Shown one piece after another: positions 1 through 8,319 of a stretch of DNA of 32,000 bases. Within the stretch, counting starts at the first letter, position 1; each line of letters begins with the position of its first letter. The notes beneath the pieces were generated by a model. That model was not told the origin of the DNA. It saw only the letters and a program-made list of their open reading frames with translations, and ran no database searches. The DNA is from Nonlabens ponticola (GTDB taxonomy: Bacteria > Bacteroidota > Bacteroidia > Flavobacteriales > Flavobacteriaceae): the NCBI RefSeq assembly GCF_003966335.1, contig NZ_CP034549.1, forward strand, positions 2,610,001 through 2,642,000, given 5' to 3'. The translations under genes were made by a program, and so were the position numbers.

Positions 1-92
1 ATGACACCAAATCGTTGATAACCCTTGCAGCTGTCCGTACCTTATCTTTAGGCAACTTTTTAACTTTACCCACACAACTTAAAAACTCAACA

Positions 93-938
93 ATGGCTGA
101 TATACAGCAATTAAAAGACCTTACCACGCAGGTGCGACGCGACATTGTGCGTCAAGTACATGCAGTAAACAGTGGTCATCCAGGTGGCTCACTAGGCTGT
201 GCGGAATTTCTAGTGGTTCTCTATAACGAGATCATGCAACACGATCCTAGTTTTGACATGGACGGTAAAGGAGAAGATCTGTTCTTCCTTTCTAATGGCC
301 ACATCTCACCAGTATTTTATAGCGTTTTAGCTCGTGCTGGATATTTTCCCGTTGAGGAATTGAACACCTTCCGTAAGCTGGATTCCAGACTACAAGGTCA
401 CCCAACGACTCATGAAGGACTACCAGGCGTGCGTATTGCCAGTGGTTCACTAGGTCAAGGAATGAGTGTTGCCATAGGTGCTGCCGAGGCTAAAAAACTC
501 AACAATGACAAGCGCACGATTTTTACATTGCACGGTGATGGAGAGTTGCAGGAAGGCCAGAATTGGGAAGCAATCATGTATGCCAGCGCTAACAAGGTTG
601 ATAACCTTATCGCGACCATCGATGTTAACGGTCAACAAATTGACGGTAGTACAGAGAGCGTTCTGGCACTAGGAGATCTTGAAAATAAGTTTGTGGCCTT
701 CGGCTGGGAAGTTGTTATAGTGGCAAACGGGAACGATATAGCCAGTGTGATTTCTGGTATTGAAGAGGCGATCTCGCTTTCGCGAAAGCAAAAACCTGTA
801 TGCATCCTGCTTCATACAAGCATGGGCCATGGTGTGGACTTTATGATGGGTTCTCACAAATGGCATGGTGTAGCTCCTAATGATGAGCAACTTGCAGAAG
901 CACTGAAACAGAATCCTGAAACGCTAGGCGACTACTAA
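93..938 (+). CDS. Transketolase, N-terminal thiamine-diphosphate-binding subunit (split transketolase)
   Basis: ORF 15..938 contains the GHPGGSLG and GDGELQEGQNWEA motifs typical of the TPP-binding half. I moved the start to ATG 93 (MADIQQLKD...) because the ORF-track start is a TTG and the upstream residues look non-coding. Palindrome copy at 776..789 lies inside. Confidence 0.9.
   Translation: MADIQQLKDLTTQVRRDIVRQVHAVNSGHPGGSLGCAEFLVVLYNEIMQHDPSFDMDGKGEDLFFLSNGHISPVFYSVLARAGYFPVEELNTFRKLDSRLQGHPTTHEGLPGVRIASGSLGQGMSVAIGAAEAKKLNNDKRTIFTLHGDGELQEGQNWEAIMYASANKVDNLIATIDVNGQQIDGSTESVLALGDLENKFVAFGWEVVIVANGNDIASVISGIEEAISLSRKQKPVCILLHTSMGHGVDFMMGSHKWHGVAPNDEQLAEALKQNPETLGDY
776..789. repeat. 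Iterated perfect palindrome GCTTTCGCGAAAGC, copy 1 (inside transketolase-N CDS, read as L-S-R-K)
   Basis: Exact 14-nt match read directly from the sequence. Context is atctCGCTTTCGCGAAAGCaaaaa. Confidence 0.95.
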
Positions 939-969
939 TATTAAAACTACTGCCATCGCAGATAGACAT

Positions 970-1923
970 ATGAAAACATATACAAATACAGGAAATAAGG
1001 ACACGAGATCAGGTTTTGGCGCTGGGTTGACCCAACTGGGCGATACCAATAAAAATGTGGTTGCATTGTGTGCCGATCTTACGGGATCGCTCAAGATGAA
1101 TGAGTTTGCAGACCGCTACCCAGAACGTTTTTTTCAAGTAGGAATTGCTGAGGCTAACATGATGGGAATCGCAGCAGGACTTACTATCGGCGGTAAAATT
1201 CCATTTACGGGAACTTTTGCTAATTTCTCTACAGGTCGCGTTTATGACCAGATAAGACAAAGCATTGCTTACTCAGACAAGAATGTGAAAATTTGTGCTT
1301 CGCATTCTGGATTGACTCTAGGAGAAGATGGAGCAACACACCAGATTCTTGAGGACATTGGCCTTATGAAAATGCTGCCTGGTATGACCGTCATCAACAC
1401 ATGTGATTATAATCAAACCAAGGCCGCTACACTAGCCATTGCAGATCATCACGGACCAGTATATTTGAGATTTGGCCGTCCCAAGGTTGCTAACTTCACT
1501 CCTGAAGATGGTGAATTTCATATAGGCAAAGCCGTTCATTTACAAGAAGGTAGCGATGTAACTATTGTTGCGACAGGACATTTAGTTTGGGAAGCACTAG
1601 AAGCTGCTAAGGAATTGAACGAAAAAGGCATCAGTGCCGATGTGATCAACATTCACACCATCAAACCGCTCGATGAAGAAGCGATCATCAAGTCAGTCAA
1701 GAAAACAGGCTGCATCGTCACTGCTGAAGAACATAACTATTTAGGCGGATTAGGTGAAAGTGTTGCTCGTACACTTGCCCAGCATCATCCAGCACCACAG
1801 GAGTTTGTCGCTACTCAGGATACCTTTGGCGAGAGTGGAACGCCAGCGCAACTGCTAGAGAAATACGGGCTTAATGCAGCCAATATTGCTAAACAAGCAG
1901 AAAAAGTGATCGCTAGAAAATAA
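970..1923 (+). CDS. Transketolase, C-terminal pyrimidine-binding/regulatory subunit
   Basis: 317-aa ORF 31 nt after the N-terminal subunit. FQVGIAEANMMGIAAG and GEDGATHQ motifs are typical of the transketolase Pyr domain. Confidence 0.9.
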   Translation: MKTYTNTGNKDTRSGFGAGLTQLGDTNKNVVALCADLTGSLKMNEFADRYPERFFQVGIAEANMMGIAAGLTIGGKIPFTGTFANFSTGRVYDQIRQSIAYSDKNVKICASHSGLTLGEDGATHQILEDIGLMKMLPGMTVINTCDYNQTKAATLAIADHHGPVYLRFGRPKVANFTPEDGEFHIGKAVHLQEGSDVTIVATGHLVWEALEAAKELNEKGISADVINIHTIKPLDEEAIIKSVKKTGCIVTAEEHNYLGGLGESVARTLAQHHPAPQEFVATQDTFGESGTPAQLLEKYGLNAANIAKQAEKVIARK

Positions 1924-1942
1924 GCTAGCAATTGACCTAAAT

Positions 1943-1978
1943 AAAAGACCCTTTGATTTATAAATCAAAGGGTCTTTT
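1943..1978. terminator. Bidirectional rho-independent terminator between convergent genes
   Basis: Perfect 36-nt inverted repeat aaaagaccctttgattta/taaatcaaagggtctttt with an A-run on one side and a T-run on the other. It lies between the stops at 1923 (+) and 1998 (-). Confidence 0.8.
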
Positions 1979-1997
1979 TATGCCTTAAATAATTTGG

Positions 1998-2945
1998 TTA
2001 AGAGGTGGTAACGTCTGTCGCATCATCTAGATAATCTGGAATACCATCATTATCGCTATCCTGTGCGTCCTCTGGATTACCATCGCCATTAGGGTCTGGA
2101 TTCTCATCACGAGTTGGGATACCATCGTTATCATCATCTTCATCGAGATAATTGAATCGTTGACCTATTCTTCTACCCTGATTGTTCAGGATAAAATCCT
2201 CATCGGTATTATCGATATCTCCTGTTCTTACATCGCGGTCATCGTTAAGATCTTCAAACTTTGAGAAAATGCCATCGCCATCATGATCAGTAGTTTTTAC
2301 TCGTCTTACCTTAAAGGTGAATATAATAGGAGAATATGCTGGAATTCCAGTTGGTGTTCCATTAAAGTAAGCAATACCAGATGGCATAAATACTGCACCA
2401 ATTCCAGACCCATTGAAGTTTATTGTACCATCATCTTGAGGCTCGCTAGAATCAGCCTCCTTGAATTCTTCAAGTGCCACTGCAAATCCATCAATCGTTG
2501 ACGGCAAATCAAACCACAAAGAGTTGATTGAGTTATCAAATTGAGTCAAGTCCAGTAATTTACCACTATAACTGACTAGCGCACTATCGGCAAAAGTGGC
2601 ACTATTCTCACCATCTCCTTCTCGAGCCTTTAATATATAATAGGTATAATCGATATCGTCACGTGTGAGTGTGCGCGTCTCAACCTGATCAATTAATGGC
2701 GTACTGTCATCACCATCTTCAATTAAGCTAAATTCAATTTCAAAATCATCGCCATCATCTATATCATCCAACTCATCGCTATTCCATGTATGTGTACTCA
2801 AGAATTTAGTCAGCGAGTCTAAGTCTTCCTCAAACACTTCACGAGCATCTCTTATCACGATTCCAGGATCATCATCATCTGGACTACAGGAAATAACAGC
2901 TGCGATTGCAATGGCCACAATCACTAAATATTTTAAACTTTTCAT
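1998..2945 (-). CDS. Lipoprotein with FKBP-like domain and C-terminal Asp-rich thrombospondin-type-3-like Ca-binding repeats
   Basis: ORF 1998..2966. Start taken at ATG 2945 (MKSLKYLVIVAIAIAAVISC, lipobox Cys). The central segment LVSYSGKLLDLTQFDNS...IDGFAVALEEF...AVFMPSGIAYFNG...IIFTFKV aligns by eye with the FKBP fold signature. The tail contains DHDGDG and DNDGIPxxD repeats. Confidence 0.6.
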   Translation of the reverse strand: MKSLKYLVIVAIAIAAVISCSPDDDDPGIVIRDAREVFEEDLDSLTKFLSTHTWNSDELDDIDDGDDFEIEFSLIEDGDDSTPLIDQVETRTLTRDDIDYTYYILKAREGDGENSATFADSALVSYSGKLLDLTQFDNSINSLWFDLPSTIDGFAVALEEFKEADSSEPQDDGTINFNGSGIGAVFMPSGIAYFNGTPTGIPAYSPIIFTFKVRRVKTTDHDGDGIFSKFEDLNDDRDVRTGDIDNTDEDFILNNQGRRIGQRFNYLDEDDDNDGIPTRDENPDPNGDGNPEDAQDSDNDGIPDYLDDATDVTTS

Positions 2946-2982
2946 AGGAGTTTTTAAGAGCGTCAAAGATAGTATTTTCGGC

Positions 2983-2990
2983 TATTTTTG
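2983..2990 (+). promoter_or_regulatory. Candidate Bacteroidota -7 promoter box (TAnnTTTG) for hslR-like gene
   Basis: TATTTTTG lies 31 nt upstream of ATG 3021. Confidence 0.35.
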
Positions 2991-3020
2991 TAGAGATAAC
3001 GTGATTTTATACCTTGTCAT

Positions 3021-3401
3021 ATGCGCATCGATAAATATTTATGGTCTGTACGATACTTCAAGACAAGAAGTAAGGCCACTGCAGCTGCCAAAAAAGGTCG
3101 CCTGCGTGTGAATGGTGATGTCGTAAAACCTGCGCGAGATGTATATCCTGGCGATATGATTGTGATGCGCAAGGATCAAATAGACTACACGGTCGAGGTG
3201 CTCGACTTACCACCCAATCGGGTAGGTAACAAATTGGTAGACCTTTATAGGGTAGATCGCACACCACGAGAAAATTTTGAGGCTCGCAAAATGGTAGAAC
3301 TCAATCAGGACTACTACCGCCGCAAGGGTGAAGGTCGTCCTACTAAAAAGGATCGCAGGGAACTCGATGACGTACTTGATGCTCCTCATGAAGAAGAATG
3401 A
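3021..3401 (+). CDS. hslR: S4-domain RNA-binding heat-shock protein 15-like
   Basis: RIDKYLWSVRYFKTRSKA S4 motif and C-terminal RPTKKDRRELD, which resembles the Hsp15 tail. Confidence 0.75.
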   Translation: MRIDKYLWSVRYFKTRSKATAAAKKGRLRVNGDVVKPARDVYPGDMIVMRKDQIDYTVEVLDLPPNRVGNKLVDLYRVDRTPRENFEARKMVELNQDYYRRKGEGRPTKKDRRELDDVLDAPHEEE

Positions 3402-3416
3402 TGGATGAAGAGTTAC

Positions 3417-3430
3417 GCTTTCGCGAAAGC
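3417..3430. repeat. Iterated palindrome copy 2 (intergenic, 16 nt after hslR stop)
   Basis: Exact 14-nt match. The left arm is the full consensus gttacGCTTTCGCGAAAGC; the right arm diverges (tgaaac). Confidence 0.95.
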
Positions 3431-3485
3431 TGAAACACGCATAAACAATTAAAGAATCAACTGACTGTATCTTAACCACAAGCCT

Positions 3486-3974
3486 ATGATTATTCTTGAC
3501 AACCAGCAAGTGACCAACAAAATACGTCGTATTGCCTACCAAATTGCAGAGGTCTACATGGATCACGATGCTATTGTATTAGCAGGCATCATGGATGGCG
3601 GGCATAGTTTCGCTAGATTGTTGAAAGCTGAGCTGGATCGCATCAACATGTTTGAGACATTATTGTGTGAAGTTCATGTAGATAAAAAGAATCCACGTGC
3701 TGCTATAAGTACCAGCATTACTGCAGCTCAATACGAAAATAAGGGTGTAGTATTATGTGATGATGTTCTCAACTCAGGAACAACGCTGGTATATGCTGTC
3801 AGACATTTTCTAGATGTACCGCTGACCAAATTCAAAACCGCCGTGCTCGTAAATAGAAATCATAAAAAATATCCTGTAAAGGCAGATTTTAAAGGAATCT
3901 CTTTGAGTACTACGTTACAAGAACACGTGCAGGTAGATCTTAAAAAAGATAATTATAGTGTGAGTCTACAGTAA
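3486..3974 (+). CDS. Phosphoribosyltransferase family protein (PyrR-like)
   Basis: VVLCDDVLNSGTTL PRPP-binding motif. Size and N-terminus resemble PyrR/uracil PRT-type proteins. Confidence 0.7.
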   Translation: MIILDNQQVTNKIRRIAYQIAEVYMDHDAIVLAGIMDGGHSFARLLKAELDRINMFETLLCEVHVDKKNPRAAISTSITAAQYENKGVVLCDDVLNSGTTLVYAVRHFLDVPLTKFKTAVLVNRNHKKYPVKADFKGISLSTTLQEHVQVDLKKDNYSVSLQ

Positions 3975-4502
3975 ATCCTCAATTTCGGCTACTATCTGAT
4001 TAACCGTTTTATTTTCAATGCTAAGATTGTGGGTCGCCTCATTGTAAAATCCTGATCGTTCTAGCAGATGCTTTCCAATAAACTCGGCGAGATCATCTTG
4101 TTGTTCAAATCTCGAGATCAATGGTCGATGCGCTCGCTCATCAAACAAGCGATTTGTCAAAAAAGGTACTGCGGCTCTCAAATAAAAACTAATTGCCTCG
4201 TTCGATTGGCTAATCAGCTTCATATTATTATAGTAACATGGTGTGCCGCCGCCTAAGGCTAAAACTATTTTTTCATCACCTTCTAGAACCTCTTTTAGGC
4301 AATCGTGCTCCCTTTTCCTGAAATAAATAGCACCCTTTTCTTGAATAACTTGAGAGATACTTGCCTTTTCTCTCTCTTCCAGATAATCATCCAGGTCAAT
4401 GAATTCTCTTTCTAATAATACCGCAAGTTCCTTACCTACAGTAGATTTACCAGAACCCATGTAACCCAATAGTATGATTTGTTTAGGCTCATTTGCGATC
4501 AT
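3966..4502 (-). CDS. aroK: Shikimate kinase
   Basis: Walker A LGYMGSGKSTVG, LGGG motif and about 178 aa, typical of AroK. Its 3' end overlaps the convergent gene by 9 nt. Confidence 0.85.
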   Translation of the reverse strand: MIANEPKQIILLGYMGSGKSTVGKELAVLLEREFIDLDDYLEEREKASISQVIQEKGAIYFRKREHDCLKEVLEGDEKIVLALGGGTPCYYNNMKLISQSNEAISFYLRAAVPFLTNRLFDERAHRPLISRFEQQDDLAEFIGKHLLERSGFYNEATHNLSIENKTVNQIVAEIEDLL

Positions 4503-4568
4503 AATAAGTAGATAAATATTTAGACGAATTTATATTAAAAAAAATACGGCTGTATAAAAGATAGGTTT

Positions 4569-4576
4569 TATATTTG
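4569..4576 (+). promoter_or_regulatory. Candidate -7 promoter box (TAnnTTTG) for the tRNA pair
   Basis: TATATTTG lies 21 nt upstream of the tRNA-Lys 5' end. Confidence 0.4.
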
Positions 4577-4597
4577 CACCCGCATTTAAACAATGAC

Positions 4598-4670
4598 GAC
4601 TTGGTAGCTCAGCTGGTAGAGCATCACACTTTTAATGTGAGGGTCCTGGGTTCGAACCCCAGCCAAGTCA
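4598..4670 (+). tRNA. tRNA-Lys (anticodon TTT)
   Basis: Hand-folded cloverleaf. Acceptor gacttgg/ccaagtc, D stem gctc/gagc, anticodon stem tcaca/tgtga with loop cTTTTaa, T arm ctggg-ttcgaac-cccag. No encoded CCA. Confidence 0.9.
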
Positions 4671-4690
4671 CAGAAGCCGTAAGGCCTAGA

Positions 4691-4719
4691 AGCCCTTATT
4701 TTTATAAGGGCTTTTTTTT
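4691..4719 (+). terminator. Hairpin plus T-run between the two tRNAs
   Basis: agcccttat-tttt-ataagggct followed by an 8-nt T run that ends one base before tRNA-Leu. Confidence 0.55.
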
Positions 4720-4801
4720 ACCCAGGTGCTGAAATTGGTAGACAGGCACGGTTGAGGGCCGTGTGTATTTATACGTGTGGGTTCAAGTCCCATCCTGGGT
4801 A
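4720..4801 (+). tRNA. tRNA-Leu (anticodon GAG), class II with long variable arm
   Basis: Hand-folded. Acceptor acccagg/cctgggt, D stem ctg/cag with aaattggtaga loop, anticodon stem cacgg/ccgtg with loop ttGAGgg, variable arm tgtatttatacgt, T arm gtggg-ttcaagt-cccat. Confidence 0.85.
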
Positions 4802-4809
4802 CTCTAAAC

Positions 4810-4843
4810 AACCCTTGTGATCTTAACATCGCAAGGGTTTTTC
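4810..4843 (+). terminator. Rho-independent terminator after tRNA-Leu
   Basis: Stem aacccttg/caagggtt followed by a T run. Confidence 0.5.
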
Positions 4844-5030
4844 TATATCTTATTTGTAGCCTTTTGAATGAGTGTCTTGTCCTCAATATTCAATATTTTT
4901 GTTCAGTTTTTGTAGGAATCACTGGAAATATAAAGTTTATATGATTTTTCTTCAATTCTTTAAAATTTTCTTAACCCGCTAATTCAATAGGATTCAAGAG
5001 TTTCGTTGAAATTAAAACTAGTAATGTCAA

Positions 5031-5100
5031 GGTTTTAACAGTGTAGGATCGAATATCTCATGAGATCAGTGTTTAACTTTGTAGACATATCGTTAAACAA
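5031..5100 (+). promoter_or_regulatory. Candidate promoter/operator region of the carotenoid operon
   Basis: A TAACTTTG -7 box at 5074..5081 lies 26 nt before GTG 5107. It sits inside the inverted repeat GTTTAAC-N14-GTTAAAC (5071..5098). There is a 12-nt perfect palindrome ATCTCATGAGAT at 5055..5066. A direct repeat TTAACAGTGTAG (5035..5046) / TTAACTTTGTAG (5073..5084) is also present. Confidence 0.4.
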
Positions 5101-5106
5101 AAATCA

Positions 5107-6003
5107 GTGATTAAGAACACGTTTAGTATAAAGGACCTAGAAAACCTGAGCGGTATTAAGGCTCATACTATACGCATCTGGGAAAAGCGATATAATCTTC
5201 TCGAGCCTAACCGAACAGACACCAACATACGCAACTATGATGTTGAGGCACTCCAAAAAATCTTAAATGTAAGTTACCTTAAGAACTCTGGAATTAAGAT
5301 AAGTGCGATCGCAGCCTTAAGTGGTGAAGAAATTGAAAAAGAAGTTCGCAGATTAGCGCAAAATGATAATAGACTGAATTTTTCCATCCAGCAGGTCAAA
5401 ATGGCGATGGTGAATTTTGACAACGCGCTGTTTCAAGAAACTTATAAAAAGCTATTTCAACAAAAAGGATTTTCCGGTGTGTTTAAGGAATTGTTTATTC
5501 CATTTCTTATTGAATTGGGATTTTTATGGCAATCAAAAACCATCAACATTGCTCATGAGCACTATATAAGTCACCTCATCAAACAAAAGCTACTCGCTAA
5601 TCTAGAAGAAGTTCAATATTCACGTGCTGAAGAAGGTAGCCAACTCTACGTTTTATTCTTGCCTGAGAATGAAATGCATGACTTAGGATTGTTGTTTCTC
5701 AACTATGAACTACTTTCTAGAGGACACAACACCATCTACTTGGGAGCGAGCATGACTCTGGACAATCTAAGCTACTTCCAAAAGAGGCATGACAAACCTA
5801 TTTATATCACGTACTTGACGGTAAATCCAGAAATTAAAAAGATCCCTACATTTCTAGATAGATTTAACAAAAAGGTCGCCTGTGATACCGATATTGAACT
5901 TTGGTTATTAGGTCATCTTTCAGAAAAAATTGATGCTGATATTTTGAATGATAATCAAAAAAGATTCGACAGTATAAGCGAATTGATTGATCACATATCA
6001 TAG
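5107..6003 (+). CDS. MerR-family transcriptional regulator with CarH/LitR-like cobalamin-binding C-terminal domain
   Basis: GTG start. N-terminal MerR HTH (FSIKDLENLSGIKAHTIRIWEKRYNLLEP). Also W-x9-EH (W codon 5527..5529, EH 5557..5562) and E-x-H-x-x-G (EMHDLG, 5671..5688), the two signatures of AdoB12-binding CarH-type photoreceptors. Confidence 0.75.
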   Translation: MIKNTFSIKDLENLSGIKAHTIRIWEKRYNLLEPNRTDTNIRNYDVEALQKILNVSYLKNSGIKISAIAALSGEEIEKEVRRLAQNDNRLNFSIQQVKMAMVNFDNALFQETYKKLFQQKGFSGVFKELFIPFLIELGFLWQSKTINIAHEHYISHLIKQKLLANLEEVQYSRAEEGSQLYVLFLPENEMHDLGLLFLNYELLSRGHNTIYLGASMTLDNLSYFQKRHDKPIYITYLTVNPEIKKIPTFLDRFNKKVACDTDIELWLLGHLSEKIDADILNDNQKRFDSISELIDHIS

Positions 6004-6014
6004 TAAAATACATC

Positions 6015-7481
6015 ATGGGGCATAAAATAGCCATTATAGGATCTGGTTTTTCATCACTGGCAGCCGCTTCCTATCTCTCACAAGCAGGACACCAAGTATC
6101 TGTATTTGAAAAAAATCCTACCGTAGGCGGTCGCGCACGCAGACTAGAAAAAGACGGTTTTACATTTGACATAGGACCGTCATGGTACTGGATGCCTGAT
6201 ATTTTTGAACGTTTCTTTGCAGACTTTGGGAAGAAACCTTCAGACTATTATCAGCTGGATAAGCTAGATCCAGCCTACTCTGTTTATTTTGAAAAGGATC
6301 GCATCAAGATAGGTGCAGATCTGGAAAGTATCAAGGAGACTTTTGAACAGTACGAGAAAGGCAGTAGCAAACATTTGCAGGAATTCATAGATGAAGCAAG
6401 CGAGAATTATGACATCGCTATCAAGAATCTTGTATATCGTCCAGGAGAATCGCCCTTAGAATTAGTAACTAAACAAACGGTTACCAAGCTTGGTGCTTTT
6501 GTTAGTAATGTGTCGCGAGATGTGCGTAAAAAGTTCAAAGATCCACGACTGATTTCCATATTAGAGTTTCCAGTATTGTTTCTAGGCGCAACTCCGTCAA
6601 ACACTCCAAGCTTTTACAACTTCATGAACTATGCAGACTTTGGTCTAGGCACATGGCATCCTAAAGGTGGTATGTACGAGGTGATTCTAGCTATGAAAAA
6701 GCTAGCGATGGAGCAAGGCGCTACCATAAGAACTGATGCTGCCGTCACCAAAATTCTAGTTGACAAAAAAGGAACTGCCAACGGCATAATGATCGATGAT
6801 GAAAAACATTTATTTGACATCGTACTTTCTGGAGCAGATTATCATCACTCGGAAACTTTATTAGAGGAGAAACACAGGCAGTATTCAGAGAAGTATTGGG
6901 ATAAAAAAACCTTTGCTCCTAGCTCATTGATCTTCTATGTAGGCTTTGACAAGAAATTGAAAAATGTAGATCATCACAATCTCTTTTTTGACACAGATTT
7001 TACCAAGCATGCTAATGAGATCTATGAAGATCCCAAATGGCCAGAGGATCCATTGTTTTATGCAAACTTCACCTCGATAACTGATCCACAAACCGCACCA
7101 GATGGTTGTGAGAATGGTTTCTTCTTGATTCCACTGGCTCCAGATCTAGAAGATACGCCTGAATTACGAGAAGAATACTTTCAAAAGATTATTACCCGAT
7201 TTGAAGATTTGACTGGTCAAAAAGTAAAAGACAATATACTTTTCAAGGAATCATTTTGCGTCAATGACTTTAAAGAAGCTTACAATAGCTACAAGGGAAA
7301 TGCCTATGGAATGGCCAATACCTTACTGCAAACTGCATTTCTTAGGCCTAATTTAAGAAGTCGCAAAGTAAAAAACCTTTACTTTACAGGTCAGCTGACA
7401 GTTCCAGGGCCAGGCGTACCGCCATCATTGATATCTGGTAAACTAGCGGCACAACTGATCAACAAACATTCAAGTCAATGA
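6015..7481 (+). CDS. crtI: Phytoene desaturase
   Basis: N-terminal FAD fold IAIIGSGFSSLAAASYL...EKNPTVGGRA, about 488 aa, C-terminal FTGQLTVPGPGVP. Sits immediately upstream of crtB and overlaps it (ATGA). Confidence 0.85.
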   Translation: MGHKIAIIGSGFSSLAAASYLSQAGHQVSVFEKNPTVGGRARRLEKDGFTFDIGPSWYWMPDIFERFFADFGKKPSDYYQLDKLDPAYSVYFEKDRIKIGADLESIKETFEQYEKGSSKHLQEFIDEASENYDIAIKNLVYRPGESPLELVTKQTVTKLGAFVSNVSRDVRKKFKDPRLISILEFPVLFLGATPSNTPSFYNFMNYADFGLGTWHPKGGMYEVILAMKKLAMEQGATIRTDAAVTKILVDKKGTANGIMIDDEKHLFDIVLSGADYHHSETLLEEKHRQYSEKYWDKKTFAPSSLIFYVGFDKKLKNVDHHNLFFDTDFTKHANEIYEDPKWPEDPLFYANFTSITDPQTAPDGCENGFFLIPLAPDLEDTPELREEYFQKIITRFEDLTGQKVKDNILFKESFCVNDFKEAYNSYKGNAYGMANTLLQTAFLRPNLRSRKVKNLYFTGQLTVPGPGVPPSLISGKLAAQLINKHSSQ

Positions 7482-8317
7482 AAAGTATTTTTGACGAGGT
7501 ATCAAGACAGTGTAGTAAAGCAGTAACTAATAACTACAGTACCTCATTCTCTCTAGCCAGTAAAATGTTGGGGCCATCAATTAGACAGGATATCCATAAC
7601 ATTTACGGCTTTGTTAGATTTGCTGATGAGATCGTAGATACATTTCATGACTACGATAAACGCACGCTGCTTGATAGATTTGAAAAGGATCTCAAAAATG
7701 CTATCGAAGAGAAAATCAGTCTAAATCCTATTCTCAATTCCTTTCAAGAAACTGTCAATAAGTACGATATCACTCCAGATATGTATGGAGCTTTTATCCA
7801 TAGCATGAGATTGGATCTTGATAAGTCCATTTATTTGACTGAAGAAGAATATAAAAACTACATCTACGGCAGCGCGGATGTTGTAGGTCTTATGTCCTTA
7901 AAGGTATTTGTGAAAGGTAATTTAGATCAATACAACGATCTTAAGGACGATGCCATGAGATTAGGAAGTGCCTTTCAAAAAGTTAACTTCTTGCGTGATT
8001 TAAGAGCTGACCTTGATGATCTTGAACGCAGCTATTTTCCTAATACAGATCTGCACGATTTAAAAGAAGCTGATAAGGCAAGACTCATTGAAGAAATAAA
8101 AGAAGACTTTGATGCAGGGTTGCGAGGTATTCAACGACTACCTGTAGAAGCAAAGCTGGGTGTTTACACAGCCTATGTCTACTATCGCAGGTTACTCACG
8201 AGATTAGAGCGTACTCCATCAAAGGAAATACGCAATACTCGTATAAGAGTTCCCAACTATGAGAAGATCGGGCTACTTGCTAAAGGCTATGTAAGTTACA
8301 GACTCAACCTTATTTAA
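7478..8317 (+). CDS. crtB: Phytoene synthase
   Basis: Squalene/phytoene synthase Asp-rich motifs (FADEIVD; NFLRDLRADLD) and YGSADVVG. Confidence 0.85.
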   Translation: MKSIFDEVSRQCSKAVTNNYSTSFSLASKMLGPSIRQDIHNIYGFVRFADEIVDTFHDYDKRTLLDRFEKDLKNAIEEKISLNPILNSFQETVNKYDITPDMYGAFIHSMRLDLDKSIYLTEEEYKNYIYGSADVVGLMSLKVFVKGNLDQYNDLKDDAMRLGSAFQKVNFLRDLRADLDDLERSYFPNTDLHDLKEADKARLIEEIKEDFDAGLRGIQRLPVEAKLGVYTAYVYYRRLLTRLERTPSKEIRNTRIRVPNYEKIGLLAKGYVSYRLNLI

Positions 8318-8319
8318 GA

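Noticed and set aside
15-92. Upstream extensions of ORFs (15..92 transketolase, and also 14372..14413 and 23056..23133)
   Set aside because: These have non-ATG or poorly supported starts. They overlap the preceding gene (ggt) or have non-protein-like sequence. In each case an internal ATG gives a native-looking N-terminus.
3207-3566. 119-aa minus-strand ORF spanning the hslR 3' end, the spacer and the PRT 5' end
   Set aside because: It is antisense to two well-supported genes and crosses the palindrome-containing spacer. It shows no family resemblance.
4686-4886. 66-aa minus-strand ORF
   Set aside because: It overlaps tRNA-Leu and both terminator hairpins, so it is spurious.
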